A DNA stretch of 64,000 nucleotides from an uncultured Bacilli bacterium. GTDB taxonomy: Bacteria; Bacillota_I; Bacilli_A; RF39; UBA660. The number at the start of each line of letters is the position of its first letter. Within the stretch, counting starts at the first letter, position 1. Location: positions 81,051 to 145,050 of the forward strand of contig CAKORX010000001.1 of NCBI GenBank assembly GCA_934101645.1, read 5' to 3'. The notes below the pieces were generated by a model. The model ran no database searches. It was not told the origin of the DNA and saw only the letters and a list, made by a program, of their open reading frames with translations. Below are positions 10,264 to 20,575 of this stretch, piece by piece. The translations under genes were made by a program, and so were the position numbers.

Positions 10264-11169
10264 GCTTGTTCCAACCTTTTCATCAAATACACCAATTATT
10301 CTAAATGTATTATCTTCAGCACATGTACCAGATGAATTATTATCTAAACATATATAATTATCTGGATCTTTGCCTTCGTATCTATAACCGTTCTCATTTG
10401 CAACAATATATTTTGTAGATGTATCTTGACTTGATGTTTTTTCACCTTCAGCAGCTATATTTTTTATAAAGTCTTCGGCATCTGGTGTTACACCTTCACA
10501 AACTGGATTTTCTGCATAAACTTTTCCAACGAAATTTTTACTATCAAGTTGTGATTGTGACACCTCTAAATTATAGTATCTTGCGGTAATCTTCCAACTT
10601 TGAGTGTTTGGAGTGCTACTATTATTTGTAATTCTTGCACCAGTTGCAAGTTTTATTTTTGCTCCTTTTGTGCTAGTTTTAGCTATCCATCCTTTTGCTA
10701 TGTCATAATCAATATTTGTTTCTGCTCCAAAAGGATTAGTTTCACCGATTGGACCTTCAACTTCAAAAGTTATTTCTTTATCTGCACCACTTGTTTTAAT
10801 TGTTGGACTTTGTCCATATACACTTGAATTTAAATCGTATTCAAAAACTATATCATAAGTACATCTTGTGCTAAGTTCTGATGATCCCGTTAAAGTTACA
10901 TTTAATATTGCACTATTTTCTGCTGCTGCTACCCTATTATTTGCAACAATTTCACTCATATTTCCAGAGCGAACAAACAAATTTAAGATTGAACTATCTG
11001 ATACAAGTGATGAACTTCCTGGTGATGCTGCATTTATATTTACCGCTATATTACCATTTAAATTTTCATTAAATGAACCAAAATATGCAAATGCCGCAGA
11101 TACTACTATAATAAGTAACATTACTATTGCAAAAATTGAATATATATTTACCTTTACTTTATCTTTCAT
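9559..11169 (-). CDS. Secreted or surface protein of unknown function, paralog 2
   Basis: 536-aa ORF. The N-terminal half is ~60% identical to paralog 1 and the C-terminal half is identical. N-terminal motif SAAFAYFGSFN follows the hydrophobic segment. Confidence 0.7.
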   Translation of the reverse strand: MKDKVKVNIYSIFAIVMLLIIVVSAAFAYFGSFNENLNGNIAVNINAASPGSSSLVSDSSILNLFVRSGNMSEIVANNRVAAAENSAILNVTLTGSSELSTRCTYDIVFEYDLNSSVYGQSPTIKTSGADKEITFEVEGPIGETNPFGAETNIDYDIAKGWIAKTSTKGAKIKLATGARITNNSSTPNTQSWKITARYYNLEVSQSQLDSKNFVGKVYAENPVCEGVTPDAEDFIKNIAAEGEKTSSQDTSTKYIVANENGYRYEGKDPDNYICLDNNSSGTCAEDNTFRIIGVFDEKVGTSETNAKLQPVIRIIKSTNYTSSGIVWDTNRKNNWNNSSLKALLNGTYLTSLNSYNHIDKVLSTRWSLNSLDLSTGKYNEYWPQAQIFNNSEKYGVVYEGNPTYTYAKVGLMYPSDYMYGVMANDCDRSVVSWANDDTVPSYVNTEKCSTQNWLYNKKFDKTFWDNVSGNDYSAGLEWTLSPGSLNGSSAFDVSSDGNGGGDIFVGSLGSVRPLLNLDTSIELIGSGSLSNPYRIK

Positions 11170-11207
11170 AGTAATATTTTAACACATTTCAAATTATATA
11201 GGAATAT

Positions 11208-11229
11208 AAAAAAAGCACAAAATGTGCTA
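11208..11229 (-). terminator. Intrinsic terminator after sortase gene 2. It overlaps the sortase TAG stop and lies only ~40 bp upstream of paralog 2.
   Basis: The minus strand reads GCACA-ttt-TGTGC followed by T7. The same stem sequence occurs in the terminator at 9534..9558. Confidence 0.55.
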
Positions 11230-11952
11230 AATAATTTCTTTTGCTATAACAAGCATATATTTATTTTTATATTTACTATATTCTTTTAAGTTACTACATG
11301 TCTGAATTATTAATAAATTATCATTTGCATTTACATTTATACCTGTATCATAAAATGATTTATTTTTAAGTTTTTGATAATGTGCTTCTTTTTCTTCTTT
11401 AGAAGTATAATCTATTTTCATATAATCCCAATCTTTAGTTTCTACGTATGCAGAAAAGATTTGATATTTTCTTACTTTTTTAGTAGTAGAAATGTAAACA
11501 TACTGATGCTCTTTATAATAATCTTCATTTACATAATTTTCGATAATCATTATTGGAAGCATGTAATTCGGAGAACTATGACCAAATATTAAAAGTTTTT
11601 CACTTTCATCAATATCAACTCTATAATCTAAAAAGATTGAACCATTTATATTATATGTTTTATCTGGTAAATGATTTAAATAATAACTATTATCTTTTCC
11701 CTGCATTATAGCGGTATTAAAATCGGTATCATTAATTTGAATGGTTCCTACTACATCATCATTATTATATTCCTTTTTTAATGAAGTAATTTTTTCTTCA
11801 TATACTTCTTCTTTATTATCAGGTAAATCTTTTGTTACTAAAATAAAATTATCATATTTACCAACGTTATAATACTCTAAAACAAAATATACTGATAAAA
11901 CTGTAAGCACTATAACGGGAATTATTACTAATAGTTTATTAATAATTTTCAT
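11227..11952 (-). CDS. srtB: Class B sortase
   Basis: N-terminal TM. Motif VVGTIQINDTDFNTAIMQGKDNSYYLNH...NGSIFLDYR, His in LIFGHS, and active-site LIIQTC. Confidence 0.8.
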   Translation of the reverse strand: MKIINKLLVIIPVIVLTVLSVYFVLEYYNVGKYDNFILVTKDLPDNKEEVYEEKITSLKKEYNNDDVVGTIQINDTDFNTAIMQGKDNSYYLNHLPDKTYNINGSIFLDYRVDIDESEKLLIFGHSSPNYMLPIMIIENYVNEDYYKEHQYVYISTTKKVRKYQIFSAYVETKDWDYMKIDYTSKEEKEAHYQKLKNKSFYDTGINVNANDNLLIIQTCSNLKEYSKYKNKYMLVIAKEII

Positions 11953-12102
11953 AAGTTTTCTTCCTTTTCAAAAAAATTATAGCATCATTATATTATATAT
12001 GTAAACTAAAAATATTATATTTCATAATTCTTATTTTATTAGGTAAACTATATTTATAAAGTTTTTAATTGATGGTAAAATATTAAGGAAAAGGAGATTA
12101 TT

Positions 12103-14052
12103 ATGTTTAAATTAGTTTCTAAATATAAACCTGCGGGAGATCAAAATAATGCAATTGAAAAGCTTACTGAAGGCGTAAATAATAATGAAAAACATCAAGT
12201 TTTATTAGGAGCAACTGGAACTGGAAAAACATTTACAATTGCTAATGTAATTGCTAAAACAGGAAAACCAACTTTAGTTTTGTCTCATAATAAAACTTTG
12301 GCTGGACAACTTTATGCAGAGCTTAAGGAAATGTTTCCTGAAAACCATGTTGAATATTTTGTTTCGTATTATGATTATTATCAGCCCGAAGCATATGTTC
12401 CTTCATCAGATACATATATTGAAAAAGACTCTTCGATAAATGATGAAATTGATGAACTTAGACATAAAGCAACATCTGCATTAATTAATTATAAAGATGT
12501 CATTGTAGTGTCAAGTGTATCATGTATTTACAATATTGGGCAAAAAGAAGATTATGAAAAAAACATGTTTGTTATAAATTTAAATGATAATTTTTCTAGA
12601 AATTACATTATTTCCAAACTCGTAGATATGACATATGAAAGAAATGAAATGGATTTTCATCGTGGTACATTTAGAGTTCGTGGAAATAGTATAGATATTG
12701 TTCCCATAAATGAAAAAAGTGAGGCTATTAAAATTACTTTGGAAGATGACATTGTTTCTTCGATTGTAATATTTGACCCACTTACAGGTAGCGTACTTAA
12801 AAGAAAGCAAACAGTAATTATTTCTCCAGCATCTTTATTTGTCACAAGTAAAGAAACTTTAGAGATTGCTACGAAAAATATTGAAATTGAACTTCAGCAA
12901 AGGCTTAAGGAATTACACGAGCAAAATAAATTAATCGAAGAACAAAGACTTAAAGAAAGAACTAATTATGACATAGAAATGCTAAGAGAAACAGGATTTT
13001 GTAATGGTATTGAAAACTACTCAAGGCATTTATCTTTGAAAAAAGAAGGAGAAACCCCTACGACACTTATGGATTTTTTTCCTAAAGATTATTTACTTGT
13101 TATTGATGAAAGTCATGTTACCCTTCCCCAAGTAAGAGCCATGTATAATGGTGATAGAATGCGTAAACAAACTTTAGTCGATTATGGATTTAGACTTCCA
13201 AGTGCTCTTGATAATAGGCCTTTAAAGTTTGATGAATTTAATGATAAAATAAATGAAGTTATTTATGTATCCGCAACTCCCGGAGACTATGAACTATCAC
13301 TTACTAATAACAAATATGTTGAACAAATAATTAGACCTACAGGTCTTTTAGACCCAACTATCGAAGTAAAGAAAACCGAAGGACAAATTGATGATATTGT
13401 TTCACAAATAAATAAATGTAAAGAAAATAATGAAAGAGTTTTAATTACTACACTTACTATTAAAATGAGTGAAGAATTAACTGATTACTTAAAAAGTTTA
13501 AACATTAAAGTTGCTTATTTACATAATGAAGTAAAAACTTTAGAAAGACTTAAAATCATTCATGATTTAAGAGCTGGTGTATATGATTGTATCGTAGGAA
13601 TTAACCTTTTAAGAGAGGGTCTTGATATTCCCGAGGTAAGTTTAATATGTATACTTGACGCTGATAAACAAGGATTTTTAAGAAGTACAAGAAGTTTAAT
13701 TCAAACTATAGGTAGAGCCGCGAGAAATAAAAATGGTCATGTTATAATGTATGCTGATAATTATAGTGAAGCTATGAATGAAGCCATTAAAGAAACCCAA
13801 AGAAGAAGAAAAATCCAAGAGGAATACAACACTTTACATAATATTACACCACAGACAATTATTAAAAGTATTAAAGAACTTCCTACAACCGATGAAACAA
13901 ATGGCAAAACAAAAACTAAATTAAGTAAAAAAGATAAAGCTGAAATGATTATAAAACTTGAAAATGAAATGAGAGAGGCCGCTAAAAATCTTGATTTTGA
14001 AAAAGCAATGGAACTAAGGGATATTCTTTTTGAAATCAAAGGTTCAAAATAA
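12103..14052 (+). CDS. uvrB: Excinuclease ABC subunit B
   Basis: 649 aa. Helicase motif GATGTGKTF, a helicase C-terminal region, and a C-terminal UVR domain [31 protein letters not shown] lies upstream. Confidence 0.95.
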   Translation: MFKLVSKYKPAGDQNNAIEKLTEGVNNNEKHQVLLGATGTGKTFTIANVIAKTGKPTLVLSHNKTLAGQLYAELKEMFPENHVEYFVSYYDYYQPEAYVPSSDTYIEKDSSINDEIDELRHKATSALINYKDVIVVSSVSCIYNIGQKEDYEKNMFVINLNDNFSRNYIISKLVDMTYERNEMDFHRGTFRVRGNSIDIVPINEKSEAIKITLEDDIVSSIVIFDPLTGSVLKRKQTVIISPASLFVTSKETLEIATKNIEIELQQRLKELHEQNKLIEEQRLKERTNYDIEMLRETGFCNGIENYSRHLSLKKEGETPTTLMDFFPKDYLLVIDESHVTLPQVRAMYNGDRMRKQTLVDYGFRLPSALDNRPLKFDEFNDKINEVIYVSATPGDYELSLTNNKYVEQIIRPTGLLDPTIEVKKTEGQIDDIVSQINKCKENNERVLITTLTIKMSEELTDYLKSLNIKVAYLHNEVKTLERLKIIHDLRAGVYDCIVGINLLREGLDIPEVSLICILDADKQGFLRSTRSLIQTIGRAARNKNGHVIMYADNYSEAMNEAIKETQRRRKIQEEYNTLHNITPQTIIKSIKELPTTDETNGKTKTKLSKKDKAEMIIKLENEMREAAKNLDFEKAMELRDILFEIKGSK

Positions 14053-14086
14053 TTTAATATTATGATAAAATATTAGAAAGGTAGAT

Positions 14087-15172
14087 ATGGCAAAAAGAAG
14101 AAAAAAAATTAAAAAAAGTGGAATTTTATTTATATTAATAATAGTTTTTATAATAGGTTTTTTCTTATTTAATAAAAAAGATGATAAACCTAGTAATAAA
14201 ACTATATCAATTATGAAAGAAAATAACATTGATGAAAAGTATTATTCTAAGACTTTAGAATATGTTTTACTTAATGGAATATATGATGAAAAGTATTTAA
14301 ACGAATATAAAGATATAGATTTTAATAACGAAGACAATTTTGAAAGTATTTTAACTACATTTCTTCCTAAAGGATATAAAGGAAAAGAAATAAATTATAT
14401 TTTAAAATTAAGTGACAAAAACATTGATATTTTAAAGAGCAAAGACTACAAAGATATAAGCAATTATTATCAATATAAAAATTTTGATGCAAGTAAAATA
14501 GAAAGATATAATGATTATAAAACTTTAAGTGATGAAAGTTATCAAAACGTTATAACTATGGTAAATATTAATATTGATTTGCCTTATTATAGTGATACTA
14601 AAATGGTTGAAAATGCTGATGATGTACTTGTCCTTGTAAATAAATATAATTATCTTCCTAAAGGATATAAGCCAAGTGATTTAGACTATCTTGATGGAGC
14701 TTATGGTAATAAAGTTCCTATTAGAAAAATTATTAAAGAATCATTTCTAGCTTTACAAGAAAGTGCTAAAAACGAAATTAATATAACATTAATGCCTACG
14801 ACTGCATTTAGGGAAGAAAGTTTCCAAGAAACGCTTTATAATAACTATGTAAAATCTTATGGCAAAAGTGATGCTGATACATTTTCTGCAAGGCCTGGAT
14901 ATTCTGAACATCAAACTGGACTTGCTATAGATCTTAAAAATATTGCTATAAAAGGAAATGTTAGATTAACTGATGAAAACTATGACTGGCTTGAAAATAA
15001 TGCTTATAAATATGGCTTCGTAGTGCGTTTTCCTGAAAATAAAGAAAATATTACAGGTTATCAATTTGAAAACTGGCATATTCGTTATGTAGGCAAAGAA
15101 AATGCTAAAATAATGTACGAAGAAAAACTTTGTCTCGAAGAATATATTGATTTATACATAAAAAATTATTAA
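14087..15172 (+). CDS. Membrane-anchored D-alanyl-D-alanine carboxypeptidase of the M15 VanY family
   Basis: N-terminal TM. VanY-type motifs SEHQTGLAIDL and ENWHIRYVG. Confidence 0.75.
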   Translation: MAKRRKKIKKSGILFILIIVFIIGFFLFNKKDDKPSNKTISIMKENNIDEKYYSKTLEYVLLNGIYDEKYLNEYKDIDFNNEDNFESILTTFLPKGYKGKEINYILKLSDKNIDILKSKDYKDISNYYQYKNFDASKIERYNDYKTLSDESYQNVITMVNINIDLPYYSDTKMVENADDVLVLVNKYNYLPKGYKPSDLDYLDGAYGNKVPIRKIIKESFLALQESAKNEINITLMPTTAFREESFQETLYNNYVKSYGKSDADTFSARPGYSEHQTGLAIDLKNIAIKGNVRLTDENYDWLENNAYKYGFVVRFPENKENITGYQFENWHIRYVGKENAKIMYEEKLCLEEYIDLYIKNY

Positions 15173-15201
15173 TGTAATGGTTTAACTATTACATTTTTTT
15201 T
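15173..15201 (+). terminator. Weak AT-rich hairpin plus T8, a candidate terminator for the M15 peptidase gene
   Basis: TGTAAT-ggtttaact-ATTACA followed by T8. Confidence 0.35.
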
Positions 15202-15208
15202 GTTGCAT

Positions 15209-15232
15209 AAAAAAAGGAAGATAAACTTCCTA
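15209..15232 (-). terminator. Intrinsic terminator for the cluster running from lgt to the Zn-peptidase gene
   Basis: The minus strand reads GGAAG-tttat-CTTCC followed by T7. Confidence 0.6.
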
Positions 15233-15895
15233 ATCTCTATCTTTTGCCATTAAAATAAGTCTAAATATTTGAATTGCACTTGCTAAAACACCTGCTACAT
15301 AAGTTAGTGCTGCACTTACTAATACTTTTTTAACTCCACTTTTTTCTTCTTTATCTGCAAGTTTTAAAGAATCAATTTCTTTTCCAGCTCTTTTGCTTGC
15401 ATTAAACTCAACTGGTAAAGTTATTATTTGAAATAATAATCCAAGTGCTGTTAAAGCAATACCTATATATACTAAATTAAATGCTTCAAATAAAAAGCCA
15501 ATAAGAATAATATAATATGAAATTGATGTTGCAATATTTACTATTGGATAAATAAATGAACGTAGTCTTAAGAAAAAATATCCTTCTTTGTCTTGAAGTG
15601 CATGTCCACATTCGTGAGCTGCAATAGCAATTGAGGCAACACTATCACTTTGATATACATTATGTGAAAGTCTAATTACTTTTCTATTAGGATCATAATG
15701 ATCAGTTAAATACCCATTTGTTTCCACAACATAAATATTTGAAAGACCATTTTTTTCAAGTATCTTTCTTGCTACATCTCCACCATTTAAACCACAATTG
15801 TTTATCTTTTTAGAATATACACCATAATTAATTCTAACAAATATATCTGCCACTAAAGGGACAATTATAATAATTAAAAATAAAATTAAATCCAT
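15230..15895 (-). CDS. Putative membrane-associated neutral zinc metallopeptidase (YugP-like)
   Basis: HExxH motif in AAHECGHALQ and two TM-like segments. Its start overlaps the cysS stop by 1 nt. Confidence 0.7.
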   Translation of the reverse strand: MDLILFLIIIIVPLVADIFVRINYGVYSKKINNCGLNGGDVARKILEKNGLSNIYVVETNGYLTDHYDPNRKVIRLSHNVYQSDSVASIAIAAHECGHALQDKEGYFFLRLRSFIYPIVNIATSISYYIILIGFLFEAFNLVYIGIALTALGLLFQIITLPVEFNASKRAGKEIDSLKLADKEEKSGVKKVLVSAALTYVAGVLASAIQIFRLILMAKDRD

Positions 15896-17283
15896 TACTT
15901 CACCTCATATGTAGTACCTTCTCTAGTATCTTTTAATAAAATACCTTTTGAAAGTAGTTCTTCTCTAATTGAATCAGCTAAAGCAAAATCTTTATTTTCT
16001 TTTGCAATACGTCTTTTTTCAATCATTTCATTTATATAATTTTCATCTAAATTATGAGTTTTTTCTTTTGTTAAATCAAGTGATAACACTTCATCCCACT
16101 TATTAACAAGTTCATATTTTGTAATATCATTTGTATGCTCATCTTTAAGTAAATCATATAATAGTGTGATTGCATTCGCAGTATTTAAATCATCTTTTAA
16201 ATATTCAATAAATTTATTATTATAAAATTCATATGCATCAGAACTTACACTGCCCTCTTTTTTCAAAGATAATACTTTATTTTTTAATTTTTTATATGCA
16301 ATTTCTGCTCCGTCAAGGGAAGCATATGAAAATGTAAGTTGTCTTCGATAATGAGATTGCAAGCACATGAATCTGAATGAAAGTGGATTATAGCCTTTTT
16401 GAATTAATGTTTGAACTGTTAAAATGTCTCCCTTACTTTTACTCATCTTACCAGATTCATCATTTAAATGTTCATTATGAAACCAATAATTACACCATTT
16501 ATGTCCTAAATAACTTTCTGATTGAGCAATTTCATTTGTATGGTGCGGAAAAATATTATCAACTCCTCCGCCATGAATATCTAAATGCTCTCCTAAATAT
16601 TTAATTGATATTCCAGAGCATTCAATATGCCATCCTGGATAACCTGTTCCAAATGGAGAGTCCCATTTAAGTTCTTGGTCATCAAATTTAGATTTAGTAA
16701 ACCATAAAGCAAAGTCAGCTTGATTACGTTTATTTTCATCAAAATCTACTCCATCACGAGCACCAATTACCATTTCATCTTCTTTGTGATTTGTTAAAAC
16801 ATAATAGTCTTTTAATTTAGATACATCAAAATAAACATTACCACCAGCTTTATATGCATATCCAGTATCAAGAAGTTTACTTATAATTTTTATGTATTCA
16901 TCTATATTATCTGTGGCGTTACTTACTATTTCAGGCATTTTACAATTTAGAGCCTCAAAGTCTTTAAAAAATGCATCTTTATAAAAAGCAGCTATATCAA
17001 GTACTGACTTATGTTCTTTTTTAGCACTTTGAACCATTTTGTCATCACCTGAATCACTATCAGATGTTAAGTGTCCTACATCGGTTATATTCATACATCT
17101 TGTAACATCAAAGCCAATAAATCTTAAGGTTTTATCAAGTATATCATGTCCAATATAATTTCTCATATTACCAATATGTGCATAATGATAAACTGTTGGA
17201 CCACATGTATAAAATGTAACCTTTCCTTCTTTCCAAGGAATGAATACTTCTTCTTTATGTGTTAATGTATTATATATTTTCAT
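15895..17283 (-). CDS. cysS: Cysteine--tRNA ligase
   Basis: Class I aaRS HIGH motif (HIGNMRNY), KMSKS, and the Cys-ligase Zn-binding pattern. Confidence 0.95.
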   Translation of the reverse strand: MKIYNTLTHKEEVFIPWKEGKVTFYTCGPTVYHYAHIGNMRNYIGHDILDKTLRFIGFDVTRCMNITDVGHLTSDSDSGDDKMVQSAKKEHKSVLDIAAFYKDAFFKDFEALNCKMPEIVSNATDNIDEYIKIISKLLDTGYAYKAGGNVYFDVSKLKDYYVLTNHKEDEMVIGARDGVDFDENKRNQADFALWFTKSKFDDQELKWDSPFGTGYPGWHIECSGISIKYLGEHLDIHGGGVDNIFPHHTNEIAQSESYLGHKWCNYWFHNEHLNDESGKMSKSKGDILTVQTLIQKGYNPLSFRFMCLQSHYRRQLTFSYASLDGAEIAYKKLKNKVLSLKKEGSVSSDAYEFYNNKFIEYLKDDLNTANAITLLYDLLKDEHTNDITKYELVNKWDEVLSLDLTKEKTHNLDENYINEMIEKRRIAKENKDFALADSIREELLSKGILLKDTREGTTYEVK

Positions 17284-17372
17284 AATCTTTCTCCTTATCA
17301 GTATATTATACTATATTTTAGTAAAAACAAAAAGGTTATAATTCTAATTTTTGTCTATTAAAAAAGAAGGAT

Positions 17373-18794
17373 TTACCTTCTTAAATTTTCAAGAGTTTTT
17401 TCTTTTCCAAGTAGATAAATACAAGCATCTAATTCAGGTCCATGCATAAATCCACTTGCTTTAATCCTAAGAGGCATATATAAAAGTTTGCCTTTTACAT
17501 TTAAGCTATTTTTGGTGTTTTCAATAGCAATATTAATATTATCAGTTGTAAAATCTTCGATAGCTTCGATTTCTCTTGCAAATGTATCAATAACTACTGG
17601 AATAATTTCATCACTTTCTAAAAATGCTTTACACTCATCATCTAACTCATATCCTTCGAAAAAGAAATTTTTAATTACATCATTAATCATTTCTCCACAG
17701 TTTATATGAGTTTTATATGTTAATAATAACTTTCTTACCCACTCTTCAGATTTATTAGAAATATCAAATTTAATAAATGGCTTTATCCATTCTAGATATC
17801 TTTCATCATCCATTTCTTTAATATAATGAGCATTAAACCACTCTAGTTTTTTTATGTCATAACATCCAGGTGCTGAAGATATTCTTGTTATATCAAAATT
17901 TTCCTCAAGTTCTTTTAAAGTAAATATTTCCTTGTTATCTTTTGGAGCCCAGCCAATTAAGGCAATATAATTAATAATTGCTTCAGGTAAAAAGCCACGA
18001 TTAATAAGGTCCATTAAATTATCATCTTTGTTTCTCTTACTAATTTTTGTGCCATCTGCTTTAATTACTAAAGGTTGATGAATATATATTGGACTTTCCC
18101 AACCAAGAGCCTTATATAAAAGTAAATATTTTGGTGTGCTTGATAAATATTCATTACCTCTATTAACATGACTTATTTCCATTAAGTGATCATCAATTAC
18201 ATTGGCAAAGTTATATGTAGGAAAGCCATCACTTTTGATAAGAATTTGATCCTCTAAAGTGGAATTATCAACTTTTATTTCTCCATAAACAGTATCAATA
18301 TATGAAGTTACTCCCGCTTTTGGCATTTTTTGACGAATAACATATTTTTCACCATTTGCAATTCTTTGTTTTGCTTCCTCTAAAGGAATATGAGAGCAAT
18401 GTCCATCATAAGTAAACGGTACTTTTCTTGCACTAGCAATTTCTCTTAGTTTATTAAGTCTTTCTTCATCACAAAAACAATAATAAGCATCACCTTGTTC
18501 AACAAGTTTTTCTGCATACTTTTTATAAATATCTAATCTTTCACTTTGATAATAAGGTCCAAAATCTCCGCCTACTCCAGCGCCTTCATCAGGTTTTAAA
18601 CCCATCATATTAAGTGTGTTTAAAATGAATTCTACTGCTCCTTCAACTTTTCTTTCTTGATCAGTATCCTCGATTCTTAAAATAAATTCTCCACCCATAC
18701 TTTTTGCAGTTAAATAAGCAAATAAGGCACTTCTTAAATTACCTATGTGCATATATCCTGTAGGGGAAGGAGCAAATCTAGTTCTAACTTTCAT
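17373..18794 (-). CDS. gltX: Glutamate--tRNA ligase
   Basis: HIGH motif (MHIGNLRSALF) and KISKR (KMSKS-like). Length and N-terminal MKVRTRFAPSPTGYMHIGN are typical of GluRS. Confidence 0.95.
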   Translation of the reverse strand: MKVRTRFAPSPTGYMHIGNLRSALFAYLTAKSMGGEFILRIEDTDQERKVEGAVEFILNTLNMMGLKPDEGAGVGGDFGPYYQSERLDIYKKYAEKLVEQGDAYYCFCDEERLNKLREIASARKVPFTYDGHCSHIPLEEAKQRIANGEKYVIRQKMPKAGVTSYIDTVYGEIKVDNSTLEDQILIKSDGFPTYNFANVIDDHLMEISHVNRGNEYLSSTPKYLLLYKALGWESPIYIHQPLVIKADGTKISKRNKDDNLMDLINRGFLPEAIINYIALIGWAPKDNKEIFTLKELEENFDITRISSAPGCYDIKKLEWFNAHYIKEMDDERYLEWIKPFIKFDISNKSEEWVRKLLLTYKTHINCGEMINDVIKNFFFEGYELDDECKAFLESDEIIPVVIDTFAREIEAIEDFTTDNINIAIENTKNSLNVKGKLLYMPLRIKASGFMHGPELDACIYLLGKEKTLENLRR

Positions 18795-18802
18795 ACTACC
18801 TC

Positions 18803-19693
18803 CTAAAAATCATTTTTTTCTATATTTGAAACAGCTATACATCCGTCACTTGCGGCTGTAACTAATTGATAAACACCCTTTTTTATACAATCGCCAATTG
18901 CATAAAGTCCATCAATCTGTGTTTCAAAATTTTCATCTACTATAATATCACCATTTATATTAGTTATGTCAAGACTTTTAAACATATCAGTATCAGGTCT
19001 ATACCCAATATAAATAAATATGCCTTTTACATTAATAACATTTCCATTATCAAGTAAAACACTATTAATCTTACCATTTTCTTCATTAATTTTTTCTACA
19101 TTTACTCCACCAATAATTTCAATGTTATTAGTATTTTTTACATTTTCTACTAATGCATCATCGCCTTTAAACTTATTTCCTCGATGAAGTAAATAAACTT
19201 TTTTTGCAAGTTTTGCTAAATAAAGGCTTTCCTGAAGTGCCGAATTACCTGAGCCTACAACTGCAATATCTTCATCTTTATATAAAAAGCCATCACATGT
19301 AGCACACGTACTAATTCCCCTTCCTAAATAGTCTTTTTCATTATCAAGTCCTAAATATTTTGGAATTCTTCCAGTGGCAACAATAATATTTTTTGCTTGA
19401 TAATTACCATTTTTCGTAGTTACTACTTTAACATCACTACTTGTATCAATGCTTATTACCTCTTCCATTTTAAAGGGAATATCTAATTTTTTAACTTGAT
19501 TAAATAAATTCATTGCAAGATCTACGCCTTTTATTTCTTCATATCCAGGATAATTAGAAATTTTTTCAATTTTTGTAAGCGTTCCCCCCGGAGTAGACTT
19601 TTCAAACATTAGAACATTTAAACCCGCTCTTTTAGCATAAATACCCGCAGTTATACCACCAATACCCATGCCAATAATTATTACATCATACAT
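18803..19693 (-). CDS. trxB: Thioredoxin-disulfide reductase
   Basis: FAD-binding GxGxxG at the N-terminus. The redox-active CATCDG motif and an NAD(P)-binding GSGNSA motif are present. Confidence 0.85.
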   Translation of the reverse strand: MYDVIIIGMGIGGITAGIYAKRAGLNVLMFEKSTPGGTLTKIEKISNYPGYEEIKGVDLAMNLFNQVKKLDIPFKMEEVISIDTSSDVKVVTTKNGNYQAKNIIVATGRIPKYLGLDNEKDYLGRGISTCATCDGFLYKDEDIAVVGSGNSALQESLYLAKLAKKVYLLHRGNKFKGDDALVENVKNTNNIEIIGGVNVEKINEENGKINSVLLDNGNVINVKGIFIYIGYRPDTDMFKSLDITNINGDIIVDENFETQIDGLYAIGDCIKKGVYQLVTAASDGCIAVSNIEKNDF

Positions 19694-19708
19694 TTTACTA
19701 TCCCCTTT

Positions 19709-20521
19709 CTAAAATCTCATATCATTTTTATATACATTATTATATAAATCTTCGAATTTTGATTTTCTTGATATCATCATTATCATAATTAGTCCTGTCA
19801 AAAATAATAATATTGATACGATTTGAGCTACTTTAAAGCCTCCGAGCATTAATGAATCAGTACGCATACTTTCAATAAAAAATCTTATTACGGAATAATA
19901 CATTAAATAAAGTGCTGTCTGCATACCTACCTTAATATATTTTCCTCTTCTTACAATTAAAATTATTATAAAACCAACTAAACAAAAAATTGATTCATAT
20001 AAAAATGTTGGTTCATAATATATACCTGAAATATTCATTCCTTTAATAATAAATTCTGGTATATGTAATGATTTTAAATGTGCCAAACTAGTGGCAGCTC
20101 CGTGAGCTTCACCATTAAAGAAGTTTCCCCATCTTCCAAGTGCTTGTGCAAGTAAAAGAGGCGCTATACATAAATCTGAAATTCTTAAAAACTGCATTTT
20201 ATATTTCTTACAATAAAGTGCTATTGTTATAACACCTGCAATTATGCCTCCATGAATTGCAAGACCACCTTCCCAAATTTTAAATATACTAAAAATATCA
20301 TTTTTATAAAGATTAAAATTAAATATTACATAATAAATTCTTGCTCCAATAATTCCAATTACAATTGCCCAAAAAGCTAAATTAAACAAAAAATCTTTAT
20401 TAATATTAAATCTTTGCCCTTCTTTTTCAAGCATACGAATACCGATAATCACTCCAATTAAAATTAAAAGTGAATACCATCTTATACCAAAATTACCTAT
20501 TTTATAAACATATGGATTCAT
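19709..20521 (-). CDS. lgt: Prolipoprotein diacylglyceryl transferase
   Basis: Polytopic membrane protein with the Lgt signature GRWGNFFNGEAHG. Confidence 0.9.
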   Translation of the reverse strand: MNPYVYKIGNFGIRWYSLLILIGVIIGIRMLEKEGQRFNINKDFLFNLAFWAIVIGIIGARIYYVIFNFNLYKNDIFSIFKIWEGGLAIHGGIIAGVITIALYCKKYKMQFLRISDLCIAPLLLAQALGRWGNFFNGEAHGAATSLAHLKSLHIPEFIIKGMNISGIYYEPTFLYESIFCLVGFIIILIVRRGKYIKVGMQTALYLMYYSVIRFFIESMRTDSLMLGGFKVAQIVSILLFLTGLIMIMMISRKSKFEDLYNNVYKNDMRF

Positions 20522-20575
20522 ACTAAATATTATAGCAAAAAATAAGAAAAAAATATATAAAAAAAAAGAAAACGT

